Positions 39,193-50,777 of a stretch of DNA of 64,000 nt are shown here, one piece after another. This stretch comes from Octopus vulgaris (taxonomy: Eukaryota). Positions within the stretch are counted from its first letter, which is position 1. The number at the start of each line of letters is the position of its first letter. The stretch spans positions 221,960,001 through 222,024,000 of the forward strand of contig OX597814.1 of NCBI GenBank assembly GCA_951406725.2, read 5' to 3'. The notes under the pieces were generated by a model. The model was not told the DNA's origin and made no database searches. It saw only the letters and a list, made by a program, of their open reading frames with translations. Both the position numbers and the translations under genes were made by a program.

Positions 39193-40717
39193 AATGTATA
39201 TATATATAAATACACACACACACATATATATATGGGGGTGTTTGAATACGTGTGTGTACCTTTGTGTATATGTTTGTGCCAACAGCCAAATCTCCACCGG
39301 TATTGGTTTATTTACATCCCTGTAACCCAGCCATTCATTAGAAGACACTACCAATATTAAAATTCAGCCCTGGCGTCGATGTCTTCGACTAATCTCCAAT
39401 TCCCCAGCATAGTTACAGTCATATGATTGTAAACTTGCGGACTAATAAAAGAAAAGGGCATGGTCGATAAATAAACGACAGGTTTTGGTCAGTTAGAATG
39501 CTTTTCTCATGGGTAGGCTACTAGGATACCCTGTAGCGTTTCTCTACCAAAATTTGGGGTGAAATCTTACGAAATGAAAAATTAAATAGCGTGGCAAAAA
39601 GAGTGATCAATTCAATTGTCTTAGAGGCTGATTGAAGAATTGCTGTCGGGGTCAGACAACCTTGATAGGTTGAGCTGATCTGTGTATTGTTTGATGTTTC
39701 CGAATAAGGGGACAAACAATGAGTGAACAGAAGAAAGAACAGCAGTGAAACATATTTCCTGAGATATTTCGATGGATCTGAAGGAGCTAAAATCGAGTTA
39801 TATTATTTTACGTATTCAAAAAGTGTGGCACTTATCTTTTATGACGATGAAGATTGTATTCAACAGTTAAAATATATATAGCGGCTCTTTTGATTCTATT
39901 TTAATATTATTAAACATTTAGTAGCAAAATCTTTTTCGCGCACCTGTGTACTAAACATATTTCAACGATTATTCTTTAGAATTACTATATAATTAAATAT
40001 TATTCAGCAACAGCTGTGTGATTCATTACACTCCACCTGTGGAAGCACCCACACATATTTGCGCTGAAAAATATTTAATTATTTTATAGAATAATTGTAT
40101 ACTGTGGTGTAAACTCAGCAACTTAAAGTTGGTGTACGGTACAGAAACAAGCGTGATCGGCTCGGAAAGTCTGGTATTTTACCTGCCCGTGGTATTTTTA
40201 TATTAATCGTATGCAATAGTAGACTTCCACATGTTTATCCAGCCTTGCAAATATCCTGGCGTTGAATGACATGCGGTATGACAGTATACGGTGTACGATG
40301 CTTATACCTTAATTATACTATATATATATATATATAGTTAAGAAGGAAAAATATGTAAAAACGCACAGGTGATTTGTATAATAAAATTTATGCTAATATT
40401 TATATCTTAATGAAACAAAGAGTTGTATTACAACATTATATAATAAACTGGGAGTACTGGTTTCACGTCTTACGCTTATCAAACTTCCAAAGTCTCAGTT
40501 TTAGATGATGGGAACGCCATTTTGGTTGTTGACAATAACTTTTGCAGTCAAAGGATGTAACTCTTCAACTTATCTGAAAATTACAAGCTACTTTCAAAGT
40601 ATTGTTAGTGTCTTTAGACTGAATGTATACAGATTTGTGAGATATATACACAAGTTTAGGGGATTATTTACAAATATTTCAAGGATGGAGAGAGGATTTT
40701 TGATTGTTATTCTGTTC

Positions 40718-40877
<160 letters not shown>

Positions 40878-41004
40878 TGTTAAGATTAACTCAATATCCA
40901 TATATTTCTTTAATTCGACTGTTTATTAAATCAGTATAACCGAAGGAAGAGTGTTGGCAAGGAGCTACGACCCAGTTCCTGTGAGGATTAAGTGAAGTTA
41001 TTCA

Positions 41005-41257
41005 TATACGTTGAAATAAATACACCACCAATAGTTGCTGTTGACGAACAACGGGAGTAATTTTATTCGGCTGAATACACGTCATTGATTGGTTGAAATT
41101 ACCGAAATACGACAACTTTAACACGAAATAACTTTGAAAATAGAAACTTTTCTCAACAACACTAAAAGATGGTTTATATGACACATTCTACCAGTGTCTG
41201 AAATTTGAAAGTGTTTAGTTACAAAAAATTAATTTCTCGATCTGCCGTTGAAAGGGA
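41005..41257. mobile_element. Possible DNA-transposon end (piggyBac-like)
   Basis: Ends CTGCCGTTGAAAGGG before an A-run; no partner end or intact TTAA found. Confidence 0.25.
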
Positions 41258-41828
41258 AAAGGTCTGAGAAACCTAATGCGTATGTTGAAGATTTTCAAAT
41301 CGCTGTTTGCAAGAAAACGTTGACAAAAAGCTAATAATGTATCTATTTGAAATAGAACTCTACTAAGAATATAACAACCGGGCAAATACTAAGTGAACCA
41401 TTGCGTCTTTGTACTTTGTAGTAGAGTCTACTCTATAGAAAATCTCCTACCTGAATCACAAGTTTTCTACCTGAATCTAAGATGAATATTTAAATTTTCA
41501 GATAAACCAGGGCATTTCTTTAGAGATGCTCCAAAGTAAAAGTAGGATATTCAAGCACGAATGTTTTTAAAATGAGAGAAATTTGAGAGGATAAAGTCTA
41601 ATAACGGAAAACGTATAACATTTTAAATCTAGGTGAGCAGGTCATATTGATTCCTAACGTAGATACTCAAAGATTTGAAGAAAGGGTAAACTCAGTTACA
41701 CAAACACTCGCATTTCTTATATGGCAGTTAGTGGCAAAATATTCACACATATATACATAAATAAAATTCAATAAATGGACTAGGAAACTAAAAATTTACC
41801 AAAAGCGTGAATCATTACATACACCATA

Positions 41829-42264
41829 GGCGTAGGAGTGGCTCTGTGGTAAGTAGCTTGCTTACCAACCACATGGTTCTGGGTTCAGTCCCACTGCATG
41901 GCACTTTGGGCAAATGTCTTCTACAATTGCCTCGGGCCGACCAAAGCCTTGTGAGTGGATTTGGTAGATGGAAATTGAAAGAAGCCCGTCGTATATATGT
42001 TACATATATATATATATATATATATATATAGATGTGTGTGTGTGTGTATACGTTTGTGTGTCTGTGTTTGTCCCTCTAACTTCGCTTGACAACCGATGCT
42101 GGTGTGTTTACGTACCCGTAACTTAGCGGTTCGGTAAAAGAGACCTATAGAATAAATACTAGGCTTATAAAGAATAAGTCCTGGGGTCGATTTGTTCGAC
42201 TAAAGGCGGTGCTCCAGCATGGCCGCAGTCAAATAACTGAAACAAGTAAAAGAGTAAAAGAGTA
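41829..42264 (+). mobile_element. SINE family A, full length
   Basis: Collinear with 7472-7897. Confidence 0.95.
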
Positions 42265-42570
42265 ATACACATATGCATAGATACTTAGACACACACACAC
42301 ATACACAAATACATAGACACAAAACCACACAGACACACACAAAATCGCGCGCACACACAGACACACACACACACGCACTCAAACACACATCTTTCTAATA
42401 TTGACTGTATACAGTGTAGATCTATCCAAATTAAGTCACAAATTATGGGTGAACTCGAGATCAGGGAAAATTACATTTGCCCAATAATCCAGGCTCATGT
42501 GTGGAAACCGTGACCACGTTCTTGTAAAAGCGTTTCTTAACCATTCGAGTGTATTAAGGTTGTTCCCCTC

Positions 42571-42616
<46 letters not shown>

Positions 42617-43429
42617 CACGCGAGGAGGTACCCAAAAGTAACAAGAAACGTTGTTTGTAGGACAAGCCCGTTGTAGATCGGGCTTCCGCCGCGAGGAGCT
42701 ACTTGATACGACCATCAAGCATCAATCTGCCGATCGGCATCGTCGTGCATGATCGTACTGCGTTCTTCCATGAAATTTTGCTGGGGGAAAACGGCGGCAG
42801 AAACAGATGTCAAGCTTCAAAAAACTTACAAAGACGCTGCCATGAGCAAAACACAATTTTACGGGTGGTTTTCACGCTTTAGGAATGGTCACTTGTCGCT
42901 TGAAGCCCAACCTCAGGACGACCGTCGACATCTTGAACGAATGAAAGCATCACAAAAATTTATGAACTACTTTTGGAGGACCATCACTGAACAATTGATG
43001 AACTTATTGATGTGTGTGATGTGTTCTGGTGCCCCTGCTAGAGAATTTTGAGCAAGGAATTGCGAATGAAAAGAGATGTTGCAAAATCCGTGTCTGGGTT
43101 GCTCACGGAAGTTCACCAGCAGTCACGACTGGCCGTGTGTCATGAACTGCAAGAACAGCTGGAAGTTCATCCGGACCTATTTTCGAAAGTCATCGCTGGT
43201 GCCTAAAGCTGGTGCTACCGAATTTTTTTAATGTGGAAGTGGTGAAGGGAAAACGACGGAGGCGTTAAAAAGCATTACATCGCAAGAATTCCAGGACTGC
43301 TTCGAAGAGTGTAAAATGCGTCTGGACCAATACATTGCTTCAAATGGAGAATAAAAGTGTAAATATGTAGAACTAACTGGATAAAACAATACTGCAAAAT
43401 TCCAGTTTTTTTTTCGGTACCCTCTTGTG
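42617..43429 (+). mobile_element. Internally deleted mariner transposon
   Basis: TIRs TA|CACGCGAGGAGGTACCCAAAA and TTTTCGGTACCCTCTTGTG|TA; HTH region MKFCWGKTAAETDVKLQKTYKDAAMSKTQFYGWFSRFRNGHLSLE; VIAGA*SW (cf. ITGDETW); C-terminus QEFQDCFEECKMRLDQYIASNGE; most of the DDD domain deleted. Confidence 0.9.
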
Positions 43430-43448
43430 TATATATATATATAAAATG

Positions 43449-43797
43449 GAGGCGCAATGGCCCAGTAGTTAGGGCAGCGGACTCGCGGTTTCGATTCCCA
43501 GACCGGGCGTTTTGAGTGTTTATTGAGCGAAAACACATAAAGCTCCACGAGGCTCCGGCAGGGGATGGTGGTGATCCCTGCTGTACTCTTTCACCACAAC
43601 TTTCTCTCACTCTTACTTCCTGTTTCTGTTGTACCCGTATTTCAAAGGGTACGCTGAATATCCCCGAGAACTATGTTAAGGGTACACGTGTCTGTGGAGT
43701 GCTCAGCCACTTACACGTTAAATTCACGAGCAGGCTGTTCCGTTGATCGGATCAACCGGAACCCTCGTCGTCGTAACCAACGGAGTGCTTCCATCCA
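43449..43797 (+). mobile_element. tRNA-derived SINE family C, near full length
   Basis: A-box TGGCCCAGTAG, B-box GGTTTCGATTCCC; body matches 63769-64000 in reverse. Confidence 0.9.
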
Positions 43798-45201
43798 AAT
43801 ATATATAAAACACATGTATGTATGCAATTATGTATGTATGTTACGCTTCTCCTTAGCTAAATCAGTACTAAGCTGTTAGACATCAATATACTTCACCTTC
43901 ACAGAATTAGTATGATCTGTGGCCAAAATGGTATGAATCTTCAGACAGACCGCATTGGCACTCAACTCTCGCCTTAGAGTTCCTGATCGTCAGACACACA
44001 CACACACGTGCACCCAACCGCGTAACACATATTGAAATTGTCGTTAATCTACGTTAGTATATGATTGGCATAAACACACTATTTGGTTCCATAGCTACAT
44101 TTATATTTGTATTGTAAAAAAAACGTTTCAAAATTTCAAGTAAACAATTGCTTGCAGCTTCAGTATTTTCTTGTGTATAAATGTAAATAAAAGTATATAA
44201 ATGTCACGTCTTCTTAGTTCTACTCACCTAAAAGAATAGTTGTTCACTTATATATATATATAAATTTCTTTGTAGTTATAAGTATAAATAAGCTATAATT
44301 GTTACTTAGCAGCATTAATGTTATGTGAAAAGGAGGTTTTCAATGATGCCCGGAAAACCAAAACGTGATATGCGACATAACTAGATTCAATAAACTATAA
44401 GGCTATTTACATCAGAGGTTTGTAACTAAATCGATATGTCTAGAGAGATGCATGTCCAATTTATGTTATGAAGTTGTCTCAAAGGAAGCCAAAGACACAA
44501 AGATAGATCAATTTGGAATACTGAAATGTCTAATTCTTGAGAAATTGCAGTGTAGTTTATTGACTGAACGAAGCCAAAAAACGAAAATAAAAAAAAAAAA
44601 GGAAAAAAAACTGACAATAAAATGAAGGCGTCTGATTTAGCACTTAACAATCATACAATGATACTGCATTACCGATGTGTTAATTGGACATTTATGCCTT
44701 AAAATTGTCACTCCATTATCACACATGTCATATACTATTGATTTTTTTTTTTTAACACAGAAAAAAAAACCCAATGCTTTTTAAGAAGAAACATGTCTTG
44801 TAATATTCTTAGCCTAACAAAACTATTACTAACATTGACTAATTTAAACTGGAAACAAATGTCTCTCAGTTTACTGAAGTACTCTTTAAAGCAAAAGGTG
44901 ACAACATGTCACACTTAAATGATTTCAAACTACTTCGTAATGGTGTTTTTAATAACAAGACCCATTATGTTCTGTGCTTTTTGTCTTCTTAATTATATGA
45001 TATTTGTATTTATTCCGAGGTAACCAAATATCAGCAAAATACATCCATACATACATACAATCTTCATCGTTTATATCTGTATATTCCCCTTATTCGTTTC
45101 TCGTGTATATTACTATGTAATCTATATGGTTTGTGCTATGACTATCTAAGGTGCTTTTTTACGAGTACCGCCGGATTGCTTGAATCTATATATCGTGACA
45201 T

Positions 45202-45286
<85 letters not shown>

Positions 45287-45291
<5 letters not shown>

Positions 45292-45383
45292 TTATCGCCA
45301 AGCTATATATAATATATATATATTAATAGTTATCGCCAAGCTATATATATATATATATATATATATTAATAGTTATCGCCAAG

Positions 45384-45438
<55 letters not shown>

Positions 45439-45452
45439 TAGTTATCGCCAAG

Positions 45453-45491
<39 letters not shown>

Positions 45492-45525
45492 TAGTTATCG
45501 CCAAGCTATATATATATATATATAT
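45287..45525. repeat. Five copies of AATAGTTATCGCCAAGCT separated by variable (TA)n
   Basis: Copies start near 45287, 45325, 45368, 45437 and 45490. Confidence 0.92.
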
Positions 45526-45724
45526 TTAAGCAGACATGATAGAAATAATTGATACGGAAGATGGACCATACTGGAAATTTATTGAACACAACGATCGTTT
45601 CGAAACGTCCTGCATCGCTCCTTCGCGGGTGGGAAACTATACAATCGATTTCGATGTATCACCTGGTGCAGAAGCATCAACTCGACGTGCCAACGAAACA
45701 ACAGCAACAACAACAGCAAGAATA

Positions 45725-45920
45725 ATTCTTTCTATTATAAACAGAAAGGTGAAATCTTGTGGGAGGGGGCTAATTGATCATATTGACCATAATATTTGTA
45801 GCTTATTTCATCAATCCCGGAAGGAAGGTCGGCCTCGGCGCAATTTCTACTCAGTTCGTAAAGAAGGACGAAAGGCCTCTCGGTGTTTTTTTTTTCCGGT
45901 GTGCTAATGATACTGCTAGC
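45725..45920 (-). mobile_element. Old SINE family B copy
   Basis: GGGAGGGGGCTA tail, GGTCGGCCTCGGCG core, CCGGTGTGCTAA head. Confidence 0.6.
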
Positions 45921-48113
45921 TTGGTGCCATTTTATTATTACCAAATATTTGGTCATCCCATTAACAAAGAGGTTTATTTTATACTTCTTTTATTTTTCAA
46001 AATTAAAATAAACAAAGCTCTCTTTTAATCTAAAATATACTCTATCCTTCATTTTCTACAGTGCTCTTCCACCTATCCGTTGCTAAAAACACAAGTTAGC
46101 GATACCACAACGATTCCCTGTTCTTGCAGATTATAGGGAGCCACTTTACATTCTCATAGTATCTCATTACACCTAGATTGAACTACACCAAGAACAATTT
46201 ATTCTCTAGAACCCTGCGGGCATTATAGTACTAGTAAAAAGAAACATTTTGTTCTAAATATATAACATAGCCAATTGTGTAGCCGAAGCGTAGGTGTTTA
46301 GATAAAGAGACACTTCAGTGTTATAGAGCTCAATATGTTATTTAACTCTGGGTTAAACAACACCTGGTAAACACTAATGAAACAGATTTATAATTCAATG
46401 TGCACTCGGCAACCTATTACTTAAAGGTGAAAATCTCGGTGGTAGACTATGAAGTCATTTGAGGGAACTTGGTAGTAATTTCTGGCAAATTAATGAACTG
46501 CGCAGAAGCGGGATTGATGGCTCGTACAACGTTGATTGACCTTGTAACAGGAACTTCCAAGTTTGGAGGTCCTACAATATTCTCAAGTGTAGCAGCATTG
46601 CTCCGACGAAATCACACCCTTCCCAGTTAATTGTAACTCCTGTTCTCTCGCTTTATTGAGAGTATGTTATATAGTTTGCATCATTACAGTTAGCATGGTT
46701 ATTGTGGTTGTTATCGAACTAATGCCTGACTAGAACTAAAAAAGGAAAACAAAAAACAGAAGAATTTTTCAGAGCAGGTTGATAAAATAAAAGCATAGAA
46801 TGATATCTAATGAACAAGAATAAGTAGTTTCTATAATATACTCACCTTTGCTTAGAATAAAAAACAAACAGGTATAATAATAAATGTCCAAACATACAAA
46901 CATATGCATATTTATGTGTGTTCGTTTAATTTATCAAGTGGACTCGTGCTGTGTTGTGTCTACGTGTGTATGTGTTAATGTGCGAATGTATAAGCTATTT
47001 CATAGCCATAGAGTTTATATATTTCTGAATTATATTTTTACGAGCGAAATCACCAGACATACAGGCTACACATTTTAAATTTCCAAAGAAAACTTTCAGA
47101 TATGTTCGACGTTATTCAATACATTAATGTTTTTTACTTTTTATTTTATTTTAGTCATCATTTGCTGAGTCCATTGGTGATAATATGCGCCGTGCTTTTT
47201 CTTTTCTATGCTATTATTTTCTTGTATGAAGAATGTATCTTTCAATGAGTGCTAAATGAAGAGGCTCATTAGAAGTGAATTGGTTGTATTCACAGCATTA
47301 AGGGTTATGAGGACATTAGTGTTTGCAGAAGAAATATCCGTCATCAATTTTGAATACATGTTTTAGAGTGTCTATTTACCTCAAGAGTCGGACTATCATT
47401 TATTCTGGTAACTCCAAAAATGAAATATGAATAGAGACCGTTAGAGCTTACAAGGTAAGCTGTCATTCATACATGTTATATTTCTGGCGGCTGTCGTTTA
47501 TTTCAGTAACTTTGTTAATATTTCTGAAAATAGTTTGGATGTCACAATTGTCACTGCATTATTTGCCTGTAATACAACTAACTTTTGGTAAGAGATATCA
47601 CTTGTTTGAAATGTATATAAATGGATTATTTTGCGTATAAATGTTAAGATAATTTGCGAGAATCGATACGACAAATTTAATGTCATACATTATTCAATTG
47701 TTCTCCTTATATTTTTAGCTCGAACCCCATCGAGATTAATTGTGATAAAATAAATACCCACCGAGAATAAGAGGTTAATGAATCCAACGAACACTTCTCA
47801 ATAAGTGGCTTTAAGAATTTGTTAGAAAGTAATATGGTAGAATATTTTTGTAAATTGCACTACATTCTTTACAGCCGTTCACAGTATAAGTTAATAATAA
47901 TACATCAAGGCTTACTTCGATTTTCAAACACCACAGAAATAGTGAAATTGATTTAATTGATGCTGTGTGGTTTCTGTATATATTAACTCCTAAGTTTGTC
48001 ATATATGGACATAAGTGAGATGTGTGCTTCTAAGAAGCCATTTACTGCCTAAAACTATTGGGAAAACATGCCAGATACGTCTCCTTCATATGTATATATA
48101 TATAAATATATAC

Positions 48114-48392
<279 letters not shown>

Positions 48393-48520
48393 AAATATTT
48401 AAAACATGAATTACATATTCAAACTCAAGAGTTTTAAAACTCATTAGAATTTCAATTGACTTAGTTTGCAAATGAATTCTCATTCATTGCAATTTACAAT
48501 CGTTTAAGTTATTTCCGTGT

Positions 48521-48602
<82 letters not shown>

Positions 48603-49098
48603 CTATGTAGATGAGTGCAGGTGTACATGAGAAAGAAGCTTCAAGAATGACTTTCAGAACGAATAATAATTATATTTATTAACAAAAGAAAATATTTGTG
48701 TAAGTGGAAACGTTAGAGTTTTAAAGCGACGAGAGAAATTATGGTAAAGATAGAACGTAAGAAAGTAAAAAAAGGGATAGAAATAAGCTAAAAGGGACAA
48801 AGAGAGGAAGAGAGAGATAAAGGAGAGAAAGAGAGAGAAGATGCTTGAAATAGAGTACCAATTTGCTTCCTTATACACGTTCATTTCAACTATTAAAGCA
48901 ATAATTCTTTCCTAACATAGCAAAAGCACTTAACACTTCATTTCCACGTTATGTATTGAAAAATGCATTCATCTCAAAAAATTATCTCATGGTGCTATTT
49001 GAACTCAGGATCTTATCGTAAGTATTCACTAATTTACACAGTACCGTTGCTGGTTACGCAGCAGATTATTCTTACTCGCGTTATATATTCTCGCCAGA

Positions 49099-49216
49099 AG
49101 GCGGTGAGCTTGCAGAAACGTTAGCACGCCGGGCGAAATGCTTAGCAGTATTTCGTCTGCCACTATGTTCTGAGTTCAAATTCCGCCGAGGTCGACTTTG
49201 CCTTTCATCATTTCGG
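49099..49216 (+). mobile_element. SINE family B, 5' half only
   Basis: AGGCGGTGAGCTTGCAGAAACGTTAGCACGCC ... B-box GAGTTCAAATTCC ... breaks at CATCATTTCGG. Confidence 0.9.
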
Positions 49217-49247
49217 CTGATATACCCTCCAGCCTTCATCAGGTGTC
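49211..49247 (-). ncRNA. Hammerhead 5' part (helix I arm, CUGAUGA, helix II, GAAA); the rest lies inverted at 49938-49963
   Basis: Joining through the shared GGGTATATCAGCCGAAA gives GACAC-CTGATGAA-GGCTG..CAGCC-GAAAC-GTT-GTGTT with helix I GACAC/GTGTT. Confidence 0.75.
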
Positions 49248-49294
49248 TTGGGGAAATTTCGGACCTGGGTTCTCATTCCTAAGGTATTTTACGA

Positions 49295-49333
<39 letters not shown>

Positions 49334-49334
<1 letters not shown>

Positions 49335-49830
49335 GAGTGAGAGAGCAGTGCATACCATCAAAGTGACATTCGGGTAAAATATACGAAGCCCAGTATACCC
49401 ATCAAGACTACCCGTCTGATAAGGGTACACCAGGCACATGCATCACAACCATATGTGCGCGACATGGTGATCTCATATCAAGATAAACAGCACATGACCA
49501 TGCAGGTGGGGCCCAGTTAGAATTTTCTTCAGGTCGAGTAACCCATTCCGCTCAAAAGGTTCCATGTTTACAGAGGTGAATTATTCAAAGCCTAATGAAT
49601 CCCTCTCAACACATGGCTATGATGCTCCCCCACTACTTCTGCTTGTGATCAGGGATGCCCATATCGTCAGCCACTAAGGGACATGCTCAACTGGTTAAGG
49701 TCAAACAACTGACATGCAAATCTGTGGCATTGAGCAGAATATTTGCTGTAGCCCATCTTTTATACCATGACAAAACAATGTAATGATAACACTTCCAATC
49801 AGTTAAGATCAGAAGCTACGAGAGCCACTG
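49334..49830 (-). mobile_element. (AAT)n-tailed retroposon inserted in an (ATT)n tract
   Basis: Flanked by (ATT)n on both sides; second copy at 21605-21802. Confidence 0.8.
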
Positions 49831-49865
<35 letters not shown>

Positions 49866-49937
49866 TCACTGCCTGGAATCGATTCGGAATCTTGGGGTCA
49901 GTAACCCGTGCTCTTTATCACTACGCCATATGCCCGT

Positions 49938-50018
49938 GGGTATATCAGCCGAAACGTTGTGTTAACAACAAACGAGATGGGGACAAATATCTATCAAATG
50001 TAAATAATGTAAATAATT
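49938..50018 (+). mobile_element. Inverted 3' end of the HHR-bearing element
   Basis: GGGTATATCAGCCGAAACGTTGTGTT ... AATGTAAATAATGTAAATAAT; the first 17 nt are the reverse complement of 49211-49227. Confidence 0.75.
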
Positions 50019-50217
50019 GACACTCTTGTTTCATAGAAATTGATGGATTTAAAAACTGACACGTCGATTCTGCGGTTAGAACGATTTCTTTACATATCCT
50101 TGCATTGCATATTTTTTGGCAATCTGCTTTCGATAATCTAGGTATCATGAATTCCGCAACATCGAAATGACTGACGTCTAATATACGATTCCACTTCCTG
50201 TTAATTTTTTTCTTTGT

Positions 50218-50287
50218 CGCTAAAACTGTTAACCACAAGTTGGACATCAACAGTGTGATGGCCAGCTTGCCGTTAACAGTTTTAGCG
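50218..50287. other. 70-nt hairpin (pre-miRNA-like fold)
   Basis: 32-position stem with 28 Watson-Crick pairs, 1 G-U and 3 mismatches; 6-nt loop; outer 16 bp perfect. Confidence 0.6.
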
Positions 50288-50738
50288 TCTTGCTTAGATT
50301 ATAGCTATGCTTGAAATCCTTACTGAAATGGTTGGCTTCGAAAAGTCAAAGTAAGTTTGGGGCTTTCTGAGCTTGCAAGCAAGTTCTAGTTCTAGGGTAA
50401 TCATAACATTTGTTATACTGCTAAATTTTTCTGGAAATCCTAATAATATTATTACTTTCTCCACTGCTGATATTAAAACAGATAAATATCCATTGCCAGG
50501 TGAAGACAGCAAGGAGCTCTATATTGAAAACTTATTGGATTTGATACTTGGATTTATACTGCAAGTGAGAAAAAAGAGTTAATCCTATCAATCATCAATA
50601 TAAGGAAACACAAAAGACAGGATTTGACGCTACCTATAAGGAAAAATGGATATGAGGTAGTGTTCATTAATGATTAAAAAATGTGATACAAAACACGTGT
50701 AAACTTGTTATGAAACAGATGCATGTGAATTTATCGTG

Positions 50739-50777
<39 letters not shown>

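Larger units (their letters stand above)
49211..49935 (-). mobile_element. tRNA-headed SINE-like element with internal (AAT)n and a 3' hammerhead motif (interrupted by 49334-49830)
   Basis: Head 49935-49861 has A-box TGGCGTAGTGA and B-box-like GAATCGATTCC; after (AAT)n the body ends GACAC-CTGATGA-AGGCTG-gagggtatat-CAGCC-GAAA. Confidence 0.75.

Noticed and set aside
45287-45525. CRISPR-like repeat/spacer appearance
   Set aside because: Spacers are only (TA)n, the repeat is 18 nt, no cas genes are present and the DNA is eukaryotic.
46840-46875. 5-nt microexon on the minus strand (ttctaag|CAAAG|gtgagt)
   Set aside because: Rare AAG acceptor, not frame-preserving, and expected by chance in AT-rich DNA.
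49861-49935. Functional tRNA gene
   Set aside because: The acceptor stem and T-loop are imperfect and it runs into (AAT)n with no terminator; it is better explained as a SINE head. The same applies to the heads at 7472, 43449 and 49099.
49945-50582. ORFs of 69-101 aa and a possible plus-strand exon at about 50299-50350
   Set aside because: No recognisable homology; one ORF crosses the hairpin and a repeat; the acceptor is weak and the strand is opposite to the better exon candidate.
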